From an uncultured Clostridia bacterium (GTDB lineage Bacteria > Bacillota > Clostridia > Christensenellales > CAG-917): 64,000 nt of DNA. Position numbers and translations under genes: made by a program. Of the stretch, positions 17,752 through 26,381 are shown in pieces; position 1 is the stretch's first letter; every line of letters begins with the position of its first letter. The stretch is from positions 369 through 64,368 of the forward strand of contig CANDBF010000002.1 in assembly GCA_947382865.1 (NCBI GenBank). The letters run 5' to 3'. The notes below the pieces were generated by a model. It saw nothing but the letters and a program-made list of their open reading frames with translations. It did no database searches and had not been told where the DNA came from.

Positions 17752-19185
17752 TTACACCCAGTTGGCGACAAGCGTTATGTCGGAGTGGACGGGAATGGTG
17801 TTGAAGGTGAACTTCTTGCCGTCGCAGAACCAGCCATCGAACTCGAACGTCGCCTTAGTGGGAGACATAGGCTGAACCACATAGCCGCCGGGCTTGACGA
17901 TCTGCGGTCTTACCTCCGTGCCGCCGAGTGTATCGAAGGTGACGGTGTAGTATTGCGGCTCTTCCGTCTCGCCGCCGCCCGAGTTATCGGAGCCGCCGCC
18001 CGTGACGCCGCCAGTTTTCCCCGTAAACGTAAGTTTCGCCTGACCCATGGGACGCTCGCAGAGCAAATCCGCATACTTGACGAGCGTCGCGCTGTAACAC
18101 GCCTTGCCCGGCACTTGATGAAGCACGCTTCCGCTCTCGCCTTCCAGCCAGCGCCAGTCGCAGAGCTGATGCAGCTTAAAGTCGCCGCTGTTGAGCAGAT
18201 ACATATCGCTGTCGCCCACAAATCTGTCCGCGACGAAGGGCACTCCCGAATATGACAGCGCCTTGTAGCCGCCGTCGAGCGTAAGATAGTCGATGTTGGT
18301 GCGGGTGGCGGAAAGATGGTCGACGTACTGCTTTCTCACTCCGTAGGAAGCGACGATGAAGTCGATTGCCCCTCCCGAGGTCTCTTCCACTGCGTCGATA
18401 GCGTCCTGAATCGCGCTCACCGTAACGGTACCGTCCACCGTCTGCGTATAAGGCGTGAGGAAGGAATAATCCGCTCTGTTCAAGCCGTAAATGGAAGCGG
18501 TGTCGCCGAATACGGCTTCCAGACCCGTGATTTCGTTGTTTTTGGAGCCCTGTACGTAAACCTTGCAGCCCGCGCCGCACTTTGCCGCCGCGCTCGCGCT
18601 CAAAGATACGACATTCTTGGCTCTGTCGATCGAGGTAATTCTTGCGCCTGACAGCGCCGTATCCTTCACGCCCTCTGCGGAATATACGTCAACCGTCATA
18701 CCCTCCATCAACGCCTTTATGCTGTCGACGGTAATCTGGTTGTTGTAGTCGCCGACGTTTTCGACCGTGGTCGCGATAACGCCGCTTCCGTCTCCGTAAA
18801 GCATACGTCCGAAGTTGAATTTGCTCGCTTTAAGCAAGCCGTCCATTTCGGCATTGAGCAGATTTACAAACGCGCCCGCGTTGTTCTGGGAAGCGCGTAT
18901 CGCCTTGTCGGAGAGCTCGATTTTCCCGAACAGGTTTTTGAGAGTGAGCGTAAACTGAGCGTAGTTATTGCCGCCGCTCGCGGGCAGATTGTCGCTCTCC
19001 TCTCCCGAGCCTATGCCGCCGTTTATTCCGTAGGGAGCGAGCTTTTTGACCTCCTTGCCCCATACGTCGGCGGTCGTCTGCTCGATTTTTGCAAGCAAGG
19101 GATTGACTCCCACATTGAGCTGGTCGGCGAGAACGCCGAGATAGAATGTCTTTAACGCCTTGTCGGCGTTGGAAATAGTTACCAT
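17752..19185 (-). CDS. Phage major capsid protein with C-terminal Gly-rich linker and Flg_new (Listeria-Bacteroides repeat)-like domain
   Basis: Sits directly after the scaffold and portal genes. The N-terminal ~390 aa resemble Firmicute phage capsid proteins from memory (KNLFGKIELSDKAIRASQNNAGAFVNLLNAEMDGLL). The C-terminus is GGVTGGGSDNSGGGETEEPQ followed by YTVTFDTLGGTEVRPQIVKPGGYVVQPMSPTKATFEFDGWF...ITLVANWV. Confidence 0.7.
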   Translation of the reverse strand: MVTISNADKALKTFYLGVLADQLNVGVNPLLAKIEQTTADVWGKEVKKLAPYGINGGIGSGEESDNLPASGGNNYAQFTLTLKNLFGKIELSDKAIRASQNNAGAFVNLLNAEMDGLLKASKFNFGRMLYGDGSGVIATTVENVGDYNNQITVDSIKALMEGMTVDVYSAEGVKDTALSGARITSIDRAKNVVSLSASAAAKCGAGCKVYVQGSKNNEITGLEAVFGDTASIYGLNRADYSFLTPYTQTVDGTVTVSAIQDAIDAVEETSGGAIDFIVASYGVRKQYVDHLSATRTNIDYLTLDGGYKALSYSGVPFVADRFVGDSDMYLLNSGDFKLHQLCDWRWLEGESGSVLHQVPGKACYSATLVKYADLLCERPMGQAKLTFTGKTGGVTGGGSDNSGGGETEEPQYYTVTFDTLGGTEVRPQIVKPGGYVVQPMSPTKATFEFDGWFCDGKKFTFNTIPVHSDITLVANWV

Positions 19186-19196
19186 AATCTTTTCTC

Positions 19197-19898
19197 CTAT
19201 TTATTATTTTTCAAAAACATAAATCCGGCTTCCTCTATGGTCTTCGGCTTCGCTGCGGGAGCGACGCATTGCAGTCCGCCGTTGCTCAACATGTGCGGCG
19301 GAAGTCCCGTGCGCATATCGCTGAGATACTGCGAAATTATTGCGTCTTTGACCTTGTCGGAGCGCAGCACGTAATCGTTCAGAAATTGTCCGTCCTCCAT
19401 AAGCTGCTCGGGCGTTCTGAACTTGTCGGCAAGCACGTTAAGCAGAGCGGATTTGAGGCAGTTTTCCTCTTGTCTGAGTTGCGGATTTTCAAGAAGCTGA
19501 TTTGCTATGTCCTTTGCAAACGCTCTGGCGGTGGGGATTTCCGAAAAAAACTTGTCCACCTCGCTCTTCCACTCCTCGTCGCTCCTCGGTTGCTTGCGGT
19601 TTATGCCGTTTTCAAGCTCTTTGAGCCTCTGCGAACGGCGGGTGAATTCCTTTTCCAGCTCGCCGTAAGCGCGCAGCAGTTCCTGCGGGTTTCTGAATTT
19701 GCCCAATTTATGTTTGTTGATTTCCTCATCGTTTGCGGCGTCCGCGATTTCGTTTTCGCCGCTATCCTCGCTTTCCCCTACGATTTCGGGATTGACGCCG
19801 CACGCGTCCTCCTCCGCCGCCTCGGCGGCTGCCATAAACGCCGTAACTCCGCCGTTCTGCGATTCCGTTGCCATATCGAATTTATCGTTCGCTTTCAT
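19197..19898 (-). CDS. Phage scaffolding protein (233 aa, positional call)
   Basis: Start moved from the track's 19928 to ATG 19898 (AAGGAG 6 nt upstream). Acidic, helical, low-complexity sequence between the portal and capsid genes. Confidence 0.55.
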   Translation of the reverse strand: MKANDKFDMATESQNGGVTAFMAAAEAAEEDACGVNPEIVGESEDSGENEIADAANDEEINKHKLGKFRNPQELLRAYGELEKEFTRRSQRLKELENGINRKQPRSDEEWKSEVDKFFSEIPTARAFAKDIANQLLENPQLRQEENCLKSALLNVLADKFRTPEQLMEDGQFLNDYVLRSDKVKDAIISQYLSDMRTGLPPHMLSNGGLQCVAPAAKPKTIEEAGFMFLKNNK

Positions 19899-21768
19899 TT
19901 TCGACTCCTTGTTCAAAACGTTTTTCAAGTTCGCTTATGCCGCTGTCTAGAGCGGACAGCTGCGCGTGCTTTGCAATGTGACTCGCCACTCTGTCGTGCA
20001 GCGCCTTATCCTTGCCGCACTTGGAGGATACGCACATCTTGATATGCTCCGAAATGTGCATAGAATGGTTGTCGTACACGTCGGGGGTAATCTCGCCGTT
20101 CTCGAAGTCGAGATTCTCTTTTAGAGCCTTTTTGCGGTGGATCTCCTCTTCGCTCCTGCCGTTCTCCCAGTTTCCGAAGCCGAGTATTTCAAACAGTCTG
20201 GTCTTCGTATCGGCGGGCATTCTGCCGTCGTTGTCCGTAAACAGACCCAGCTTGAGCAGGTCGTACACCATAGCCCTGCGCGCCGACAGCGTGTCCTCGA
20301 TGTCGTTGAGAGTATCGAACACTATATCCTCGCTGTCGATATTGCTTGCCGAGAACGCGGCTATTTCCACCTCTCCGTTCTCGCCCGTTATACGCTTTAC
20401 TCTGGGCACCTTTGCAAACTGGCGGTAGAGCCTAAGTATCTGCTTGCCTATACGCTTGACCGCCTCGCGCAGGCTGTCTGCGGTGAGCGATATTCTCGTA
20501 TCGTCCTGTTCGAGCAAAAGCGAGATAGCCGTGCCCGACGACACGTTGGACGGCACCTGCGAATAGGTCGTCACCTCGCTCACTCCGCTTATCATCACAA
20601 ATTCGTTGAGTAGCTTTTCCTCCTCGCGTGAAAACTCGGACGGCACCTGTGAGGGGCTCAGCATAATCGGCGGAGTGCTCCCCTGTCTGTATACGACGAT
20701 TTTTCCGGGCGGCAGTCCCTCCTCCTCCAAGAGATCGGTGTCCACCGCTCCGTCCTCCACCGCGAGCACGCCCACGGCTATGCGGTTCATAAACTCGTGC
20801 TTTCTGTTTTTGACGGCGTTGTAGGCGCGCTGTACGGGGATAATTCGCTCTACGACGGACGTTCCGAAGAAGTTAGTCAGATTGTCTATGCACACCTGTC
20901 TTGCAAAGGGATATTCCCTCTTTCCGTTTTCGCCGTTTACGTACGGCAGGTCGCCCATATGCAAGAGTCTGTCGCCCGCGACTATAATAAGTCTGCCGTT
21001 GGGGTGCTCGGCGGTAGGCATCTCGTACTTTTCTATTACGGTAACGCTGTCGTCCCTCTTCTCGCTCACCATCTTGGGTACGGTGGCGGTATAGCCGTAG
21101 CCTCCCGCGACTTGCGCGTTGTCGAAGGAAAACACGTTTACTTCGCCGCCCTTTACCTCCTTATTCCAAATTCTCTTGACCTCGGCGGCGGTGAGCACCT
21201 TCACGTGCATAATTGACGACTGCTTATCTATATCGGTTATGGCGATATCCTCGGGGAATATCTCGAAGGGCGGACAGAGCGTGATGTCCACGTCCCCCTC
21301 GCGCACCAAGCCGTCCGCGTCGAGAGCGCGGCCCTTTTCCGCGGCCCAAGTGACCTTGAAAAACGCGCTTCCCGTAATCTCGCTCCAAGTGTTTGCAAGC
21401 GACAGCTGTGCGGAAAAATCGTTCTCCTTGCAGACTGCGTCGATGAGCTTTGTCGCAAGAGACGCGGACGCGACGTCGTCGTCATCGGAGGTAGCGGGTC
21501 TCACGGTAGCCTTGGCTTTTACTCTCGACAGCTTCGCAAGACGCGTTTCGAGAATAGGCGCAATATGGTTGTACACCTCGCGCTGTTGCCAGAAATACTG
21601 CTTGCCGTCGTCCTCGATATCTCCCTTCGGCGAAATCTGCGCAAACTGGTTGCCCATCACGAAATTCATATTGAGCCGCCAGTTGAGTTCAACGGGTCGT
21701 CTCGCTTCCTGCCTTTTCTTAAAATCGGCATTCACCTCGGAAACGATTTTTTGTTCCAAATCAGACAT
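19882..21768 (-). CDS. Phage portal protein (628 aa)
   Basis: AAGGAGAA RBS. Size and position fit a portal, lying downstream of TerL and the 102-aa gene. The N-terminus NWRLNMNFVMGNQF...REVYNHIAPILETRLAKL is typical of portal families (from memory). Confidence 0.75.
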   Translation of the reverse strand: MSDLEQKIVSEVNADFKKRQEARRPVELNWRLNMNFVMGNQFAQISPKGDIEDDGKQYFWQQREVYNHIAPILETRLAKLSRVKAKATVRPATSDDDDVASASLATKLIDAVCKENDFSAQLSLANTWSEITGSAFFKVTWAAEKGRALDADGLVREGDVDITLCPPFEIFPEDIAITDIDKQSSIMHVKVLTAAEVKRIWNKEVKGGEVNVFSFDNAQVAGGYGYTATVPKMVSEKRDDSVTVIEKYEMPTAEHPNGRLIIVAGDRLLHMGDLPYVNGENGKREYPFARQVCIDNLTNFFGTSVVERIIPVQRAYNAVKNRKHEFMNRIAVGVLAVEDGAVDTDLLEEEGLPPGKIVVYRQGSTPPIMLSPSQVPSEFSREEEKLLNEFVMISGVSEVTTYSQVPSNVSSGTAISLLLEQDDTRISLTADSLREAVKRIGKQILRLYRQFAKVPRVKRITGENGEVEIAAFSASNIDSEDIVFDTLNDIEDTLSARRAMVYDLLKLGLFTDNDGRMPADTKTRLFEILGFGNWENGRSEEEIHRKKALKENLDFENGEITPDVYDNHSMHISEHIKMCVSSKCGKDKALHDRVASHIAKHAQLSALDSGISELEKRFEQGVENESER

Positions 21769-21787
21769 ATTTTTCTCCTTTCTATTT

Positions 21788-22096
21788 TTAACGCCGCTCG
21801 GACGCTATGTCCTTTGCGGCGTTTATTTTCATATTCTCTTCCTTTTCCAGCTCCTTTAACAGCCTTCGTCTTTCGCGTTCGAGCTCCTCGTCCGAGAGCT
21901 CCGAAATCCCGTCCTCCTCGCTCAGCTCCAAATAAGTTTTAAGCGCGCCGCTGTCGGGCGGGCAGTATTTTTCCGTCACCTTACGCTTTGTCAGCGCGAT
22001 TTCGCCGTCCTCCTTAACGGCATACTCCTCCTGCACCTCTTTATAGTTGTAGCCCTTAGCTCTTTTAAGCAGAGCTTTCAGAATTTCCCCGTCCAT
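21788..22096 (-). CDS. Small phage protein (102 aa); C-terminal part resembles small-terminase-type sequences
   Basis: AAGAGGGGAAG RBS. The gene overlaps the TerL end by 19 nt. The motif KGYNYKEVQEEY...TKRKVTEKYCPPDSGALKTYLE recalls the G[YF]xYEE...PPD...A segment of Firmicute phage TerS proteins (from memory, weak). Confidence 0.4.
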   Translation of the reverse strand: MDGEILKALLKRAKGYNYKEVQEEYAVKEDGEIALTKRKVTEKYCPPDSGALKTYLELSEEDGISELSDEELERERRRLLKELEKEENMKINAAKDIASERR

Positions 22097-23517
22097 TGTC
22101 TTCCCCTCTTAACGTTGCGTATCAGCTTTTCCTTATCCGCCTGAATCTCCGTCTTGGCGAGCACGGGCAGAGGCGTAGGCTTCGCCTGCGTCATAACGAA
22201 GTATCTCAGCTCGTCAAGCGAATGGTCGTCGACTTTTTTGGGTCTGTCGCCGCGCCCCCACCAATAGCTTTTGATTTCGCGTATCAGGTTTACGCAGTTT
22301 GAAAATATTCGTATTCTAGGCGGTCTTTGCTCAAATAAGGACTTTACGCGCTGTATTCCGCTGTATAAATCCTTGTTTACGTTGGTATTCACCAAAATAC
22401 CCTTTTCGCAGAACAGCTCCGCTACGCTCTTTTCCGAGGCGAGCGTGCGTTGATTCGCCGCGCTGTCGATAAGCGCGTGAAGTCTGCCCTTGCCGTCCGT
22501 AGGCCAGCCGAGAGAGTTTGCGATTCTGAATATTTCCTCCACGTGATAATCGATGTTCTGCCCCGCCTCGTAGTGCTCCGCCACCACGTAAATCACTCCG
22601 TCGTAATCCACCGCATAGAAATGACAGCTGGTCGGATTGGAAAGTCCGGGGTCTATGGAGATATTGTTATACCAGTTTTTAGGAACCGAGAATGGCTCTA
22701 TCACGTGGACGCTTGCGTCGAACTCCGGATACACCAATCCCTCTCCCGTCGAGAATTTCCCGTATCTTCTTGATAGCTGTTCGCTTTTCGGCACGACGGT
22801 TTCCATCGCCTTGACCTCCGTCGGGTCGAGATATGGATTGTCGCTCCATTGCATATATTCGCACCAGACCTCGGGGTCGTCGTTGCAATTTAGTTCGATT
22901 TCGTCATACACCCAAGTGAGACCTTTAAGAGGAGTCATTGTTCCGAATATATCTCCGCGCCTGTCGAACACCCTCATCCTGCATTCGTCGTAAATATCCT
23001 TCGGCGGCTCCTCGTCAAACCACACGAAATCCAACGATACGCCCTGAAACTTCTCTCTCCCTTGGTCGCAGGATTTGAAGCCTATTCTGCTCGTCCCGCC
23101 GAACGCGTTTCTGACGACGATATAGTCGATAACCCCGTATTCGGGCGAAGTATGCTTTCCCTCGCGCATGACTATATCCGCCATATATCTGGGCGAAAGG
23201 TATTTGAGTATTTTCGCCTGCGCCACGTCCCTCTGAACCTGCTGGGACAGACTGACCACCCACCCCGACACGTTGTCCCGATTGCGTCTGAACGGGTGTA
23301 TGCCTCTTGCAAGCCATACGCTCTCGACCGCGCCGCACTCCGTCTTTCCGGAGCGGTTGCCGCCGAACACCCAGCGGTTACGCTTTGCGCACTTATGAAA
23401 AGCCATCTGTTTTTCGTGCACCTTATCGGAGTTATATGCCGCGAGAGAGTCGCTTTTTCTGACGTCGATTTCGTGTTCGATTTTTAGAAGTTTGAAAAGC
23501 GTATCGTTGTCTTTCAT
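22078..23517 (-). CDS. Phage terminase large subunit
   Basis: Walker-A-like FGGNRSGKTECG, DFVWFDEE (Walker B) and a C-terminal nuclease-type VDDHSLDELRY. The track starts at TTG 23553; ATG 23517 was chosen. Neither start has a clear RBS. Confidence 0.85.
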   Translation of the reverse strand: MKDNDTLFKLLKIEHEIDVRKSDSLAAYNSDKVHEKQMAFHKCAKRNRWVFGGNRSGKTECGAVESVWLARGIHPFRRNRDNVSGWVVSLSQQVQRDVAQAKILKYLSPRYMADIVMREGKHTSPEYGVIDYIVVRNAFGGTSRIGFKSCDQGREKFQGVSLDFVWFDEEPPKDIYDECRMRVFDRRGDIFGTMTPLKGLTWVYDEIELNCNDDPEVWCEYMQWSDNPYLDPTEVKAMETVVPKSEQLSRRYGKFSTGEGLVYPEFDASVHVIEPFSVPKNWYNNISIDPGLSNPTSCHFYAVDYDGVIYVVAEHYEAGQNIDYHVEEIFRIANSLGWPTDGKGRLHALIDSAANQRTLASEKSVAELFCEKGILVNTNVNKDLYSGIQRVKSLFEQRPPRIRIFSNCVNLIREIKSYWWGRGDRPKKVDDHSLDELRYFVMTQAKPTPLPVLAKTEIQADKEKLIRNVKRGRQWTGKF

Positions 23518-23654
23518 AAGCCGAGAATAATATCGACGCCGCGCAAAATACAAAAAATTATGTCAATCAAATCCTAATAAATACAAAAAATTCTCTCTGA
23601 AATTGCTCGGAAAGGCTTTCAATTTACAGTTTCTTATAGTATTATATAGGCACT

Positions 23655-24665
23655 ATGGGAAAAACCTTTGCAAAAACCGTGCTCATCGTATGCGTAGCGT
23701 TGGCGATATTCGTCGCCGCTCTTTTCTGCATTCCGACGTCTTCGGTCGCGCATGCGGACGAAACTGTCACGGTCGTAAAGGCTACTGTAAGCAATCTTAC
23801 GGGCAACGCCTATGCGGGCAAATCCGCCTTAAAAATTTACAGAGACGCCGATTCTTTCTATGTACCCGAGAGTTATTTTATAAGAATAGACGCAAAAATG
23901 GGAATTTTCGGATACGCGGTCACTTACTGCGGCAACTCAAACTGCTTTATCGCCACTGACGACTTAAACAATTTCGTGCAGGAAACCATTTCAATAGGCG
24001 AAAACGAGGTCATATTTCCCGACGTACGTCTTTCTCTCAAAGACGGCGCGGAGGTCACCGTAGGAAATAGAAACTTAACGTCCGATTACACTATCAAATT
24101 CTGGGGCTACGGCAGCGATGAAAACGAGGGAAAAATCTACGTATCGGCGACTCTCAACGGCAATACTGTCTACGGCTTTATAAACTCAGAGGATTTGGAG
24201 GCTTTCAATGTAGGCTATCAGCAAAGAGCGCAGGCAGAGCGCAACGCTATACTGGAAGCTCAAAAGAAGCCCGAAATATCCGACGGCACAATTACTCCCA
24301 AAACCTCTCTCGGTCTGCGCATAGTGCTTATAATCGGCATAACAGTCCCCACTCTGATAATAATAATCCTGCTCTTCAAGCCGTCAAAAAACGAGAGACG
24401 CCGCGCAGGAAACTCCGTACGCAGAGACAGAGCGGACGATGAAATCGATTATGATGACCCACGTTCCTATCGTCGCAGAGACGACAGGCGATACGACGAT
24501 GACAGAAGATATGACGACAGGCGCGACGACAGAGACAGGCGTTCCGACCGCGACAGACGTGACGATTACGAACGCGACAGAGATTATGACAGGGATTACG
24601 ACCGCCGTTACCGTGACGATGACCGCCGCGATTATGACAGAGACGACTCCCGCCCAAGCAGATAA
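23655..24665 (+). CDS. Type-I membrane protein with signal peptide, ~200-aa ectodomain, one TM and an Arg/Asp-repeat cytoplasmic tail
   Basis: Signal peptide MGKTFAKTVLIVCVALAIFVAALFCIPTSSVAHA. TM helix LRIVLIIGITVPTLIIIILLF. Tail RRDDRRYDDDRRYDDRRDDRDRRSDRDRRDDYERDRDYDRDYDRRYRDDDRRDYDRDD. Confidence 0.7.
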   Translation: MGKTFAKTVLIVCVALAIFVAALFCIPTSSVAHADETVTVVKATVSNLTGNAYAGKSALKIYRDADSFYVPESYFIRIDAKMGIFGYAVTYCGNSNCFIATDDLNNFVQETISIGENEVIFPDVRLSLKDGAEVTVGNRNLTSDYTIKFWGYGSDENEGKIYVSATLNGNTVYGFINSEDLEAFNVGYQQRAQAERNAILEAQKKPEISDGTITPKTSLGLRIVLIIGITVPTLIIIILLFKPSKNERRRAGNSVRRDRADDEIDYDDPRSYRRRDDRRYDDDRRYDDRRDDRDRRSDRDRRDDYERDRDYDRDYDRRYRDDDRRDYDRDDSRPSR

Positions 24666-24706
24666 ATGCATACTGTCGGGATTATAAAACCTAATATTGC
24701 AAAACG

Positions 24707-24743
24707 AAAAATCAGTTGGTTAGTGAGGCTAACCAACTGATTT
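24707..24743. terminator. Bidirectional rho-independent terminator between convergent genes
   Basis: 16-bp perfect stem AAAATCAGTTGGTTAG/CTAACCAACTGATTTT with loop tgagg and A/T runs on both sides. Confidence 0.85.
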
Positions 24744-24837
24744 TATTCTTTATTGATGATCGCTTACAAGTCTGTCAACTCCTTTGGGGAAGCACGGCGA
24801 GCGTTTCGACGTACATACCCCTACGCACGAAAAGCAA

Positions 24838-26256
24838 TCAAGTTTTCTTGCATAACACGACCAGCGTCTCGACGTTTGCGGTCTGCGGGAACATATCGAA
24901 CAGCTTGATATCTTCAAGCTCATATCTGTCTGATAGGATTTTCAAATCCCTCGCGAGCGTCAGCGAATTGCAGGATATATACACAATACGATCAAAGTCC
25001 GCAATTTTAAGCAGATTGCCGTCGCACCCCTTACGCGGCGGGTCGAGTATCAGCGCGCGTTTTTTATCCTCGTCCGCAAACATATCTCCGACGTAATAAG
25101 GAGAGTTTTTTATATTCTCGTCCAAATTTCCGACATTATCGAACCTTTTACGCGCAGGCAGACTCGCAAGAAAGCGAGCCGCGTCGTCGCAGACGTTCAT
25201 CACCCTCTCGGAAAGCCCCAGCGACGACATAAGTTCTATCGCGTCCATATGCGACGACTCCTCTATCTCCACCGCGGTGATATGCGCCTCGGGCAGTCTG
25301 CGAGCTATCTGCGCTGTGAGCAGCCCTACGCCCGAATACAGCTCGATTATGTCGCCGTCGAAGCCGTCCAGAGCCATTGCCGCCCTGTCATAAAGCGCGT
25401 CCCGTATGACGGAATTGACCTGTAAAAAGGATTTTGGTGACACCTTAGCGCAGAACTTCCCTAAATTCTGTTTTCTCTCTTTGCCGTAAATGAGTCTCAC
25501 GTCGCGCAGTATGACGTTATCCGCTCTCGTATTTTCGGATACATAGAACGTAAATCTATCAAATTTTTCTTTCAGCCGTTTTATAAGCTCGTCGCAATGC
25601 GGCAGTCTGCTCCCGTTTATGACAAGCGTAACCGACAACGTATCCAGCTTGCGGGCGACCAGATGCCGTAAAAGTCCCTTTCTTGTATCCTCGTCATAAA
25701 CGGATGGTGCAAATTCGTTCGCCCAATCCGTAACGACTTCGATTAAATCCGCCGCCCACTGTCCGTGCAGGGGACAATATTTAATAGGCACGACCTTATG
25801 TGACTTTTTCTGATAGAAGCCAAGCGAAATACGCCTGCTTCTGCCGTTATATGCAAACGGCAACGCGAGCTTATTGCGGTATTCCCAATCGTTGAGTCTC
25901 ACGGGGATAGCTACGTCGGCTTCGATATCGGCAAACTTTTTCAGCGCGACCTTCACGCTGTCGCGCTTGCATGAAAGCTGAAGCGGAGTCGACATATGCT
26001 GCAAATCGCATCCTCCGCATTTGCCGAAGTAAGGGCACAGCGGTTTTATTCTGTCCCCCGACGGCTTTATGACCTCGATAAGCTCTGCGAACGCGCAGTC
26101 CTTTTTTACGTAGCTTACGCGCACGCGCACAGTTTCGCCCTTAATTGCGTACGGGACAAACACGGGCATTCCGCCGTATTTAACGACCCCCTCCCCGTCG
26201 CTGCCGAAATCCGAGACGGCGCCCTCGATTATATCTCCGACTATCAAATCCGTCAT
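24838..26256 (-). CDS. rlmD: 23S rRNA (uracil-5-)-methyltransferase, RumA/RlmD family (TRAM + 4Fe-4S Cys + SAM MTase)
   Basis: TRAM-like N-terminus GDIIEGAVSDFGSDGEGVVKY. Cys cluster CPYFGKCGGCDLQH. LDPPRKG and SCNSLTLARD motifs. The start could also be 26283. Confidence 0.8.
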   Translation of the reverse strand: MTDLIVGDIIEGAVSDFGSDGEGVVKYGGMPVFVPYAIKGETVRVRVSYVKKDCAFAELIEVIKPSGDRIKPLCPYFGKCGGCDLQHMSTPLQLSCKRDSVKVALKKFADIEADVAIPVRLNDWEYRNKLALPFAYNGRSRRISLGFYQKKSHKVVPIKYCPLHGQWAADLIEVVTDWANEFAPSVYDEDTRKGLLRHLVARKLDTLSVTLVINGSRLPHCDELIKRLKEKFDRFTFYVSENTRADNVILRDVRLIYGKERKQNLGKFCAKVSPKSFLQVNSVIRDALYDRAAMALDGFDGDIIELYSGVGLLTAQIARRLPEAHITAVEIEESSHMDAIELMSSLGLSERVMNVCDDAARFLASLPARKRFDNVGNLDENIKNSPYYVGDMFADEDKKRALILDPPRKGCDGNLLKIADFDRIVYISCNSLTLARDLKILSDRYELEDIKLFDMFPQTANVETLVVLCKKT

Positions 26257-26324
26257 ATCGCAAATCCGCCTTTCGCCGCGCACAGTATTTGTACGGCACG
26301 CTCACGCGTAACAATCTCCGGTAA

Positions 26325-26374
26325 AAACGTCAAAAAAACGGTTATGCCTCGCTATATCGTTATGGCATAACCGT
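26325..26374 (-). terminator. Terminator after the phosphofructokinase gene
   Basis: Stem ACGGTTATGCC/GGCATAACCGT. On the minus strand it is followed by TTTTTTTGACGTTTTT. Confidence 0.8.
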
Positions 26375-26381
26375 CAGCAGA

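Larger units (their letters stand above)
14306..23553 (-). mobile_element. Phage-derived head/packaging/tail-hub gene cluster without integrase, lysis, replication or fibre genes
   Basis: Ten co-directional genes with overlaps or gaps below 20 nt: TerL, a 102-aa protein, portal, scaffold, capsid, then 103-, 181-, 479-, 36- and 342-aa proteins. Bounded by a divergent promoter region (23518-23654) and a terminator (14212-14256). Housekeeping genes lie on both sides. Confidence 0.7.

Noticed and set aside
14306-23553. Calling the phage-like cluster an integrated, inducible prophage.
   Set aside because: The window contains no integrase or recombinase, flanking direct repeats, lysis cassette, replication module, CI/Cro-type switch or tail-fibre genes. 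The nearest XRE gene (11450..11683) is separated from the cluster by two host-type genes.
24376-24687. ORFs 24376..24657(-), 24384..24671(-) and 24439..24687(+) overlapping the RD-tail region.
   Set aside because: They are artefacts of the low-complexity GAC/CGN/AGA repeat DNA, which is open in several frames. Only the 23655..24665 frame has a signal peptide, a TM helix and an upstream context.
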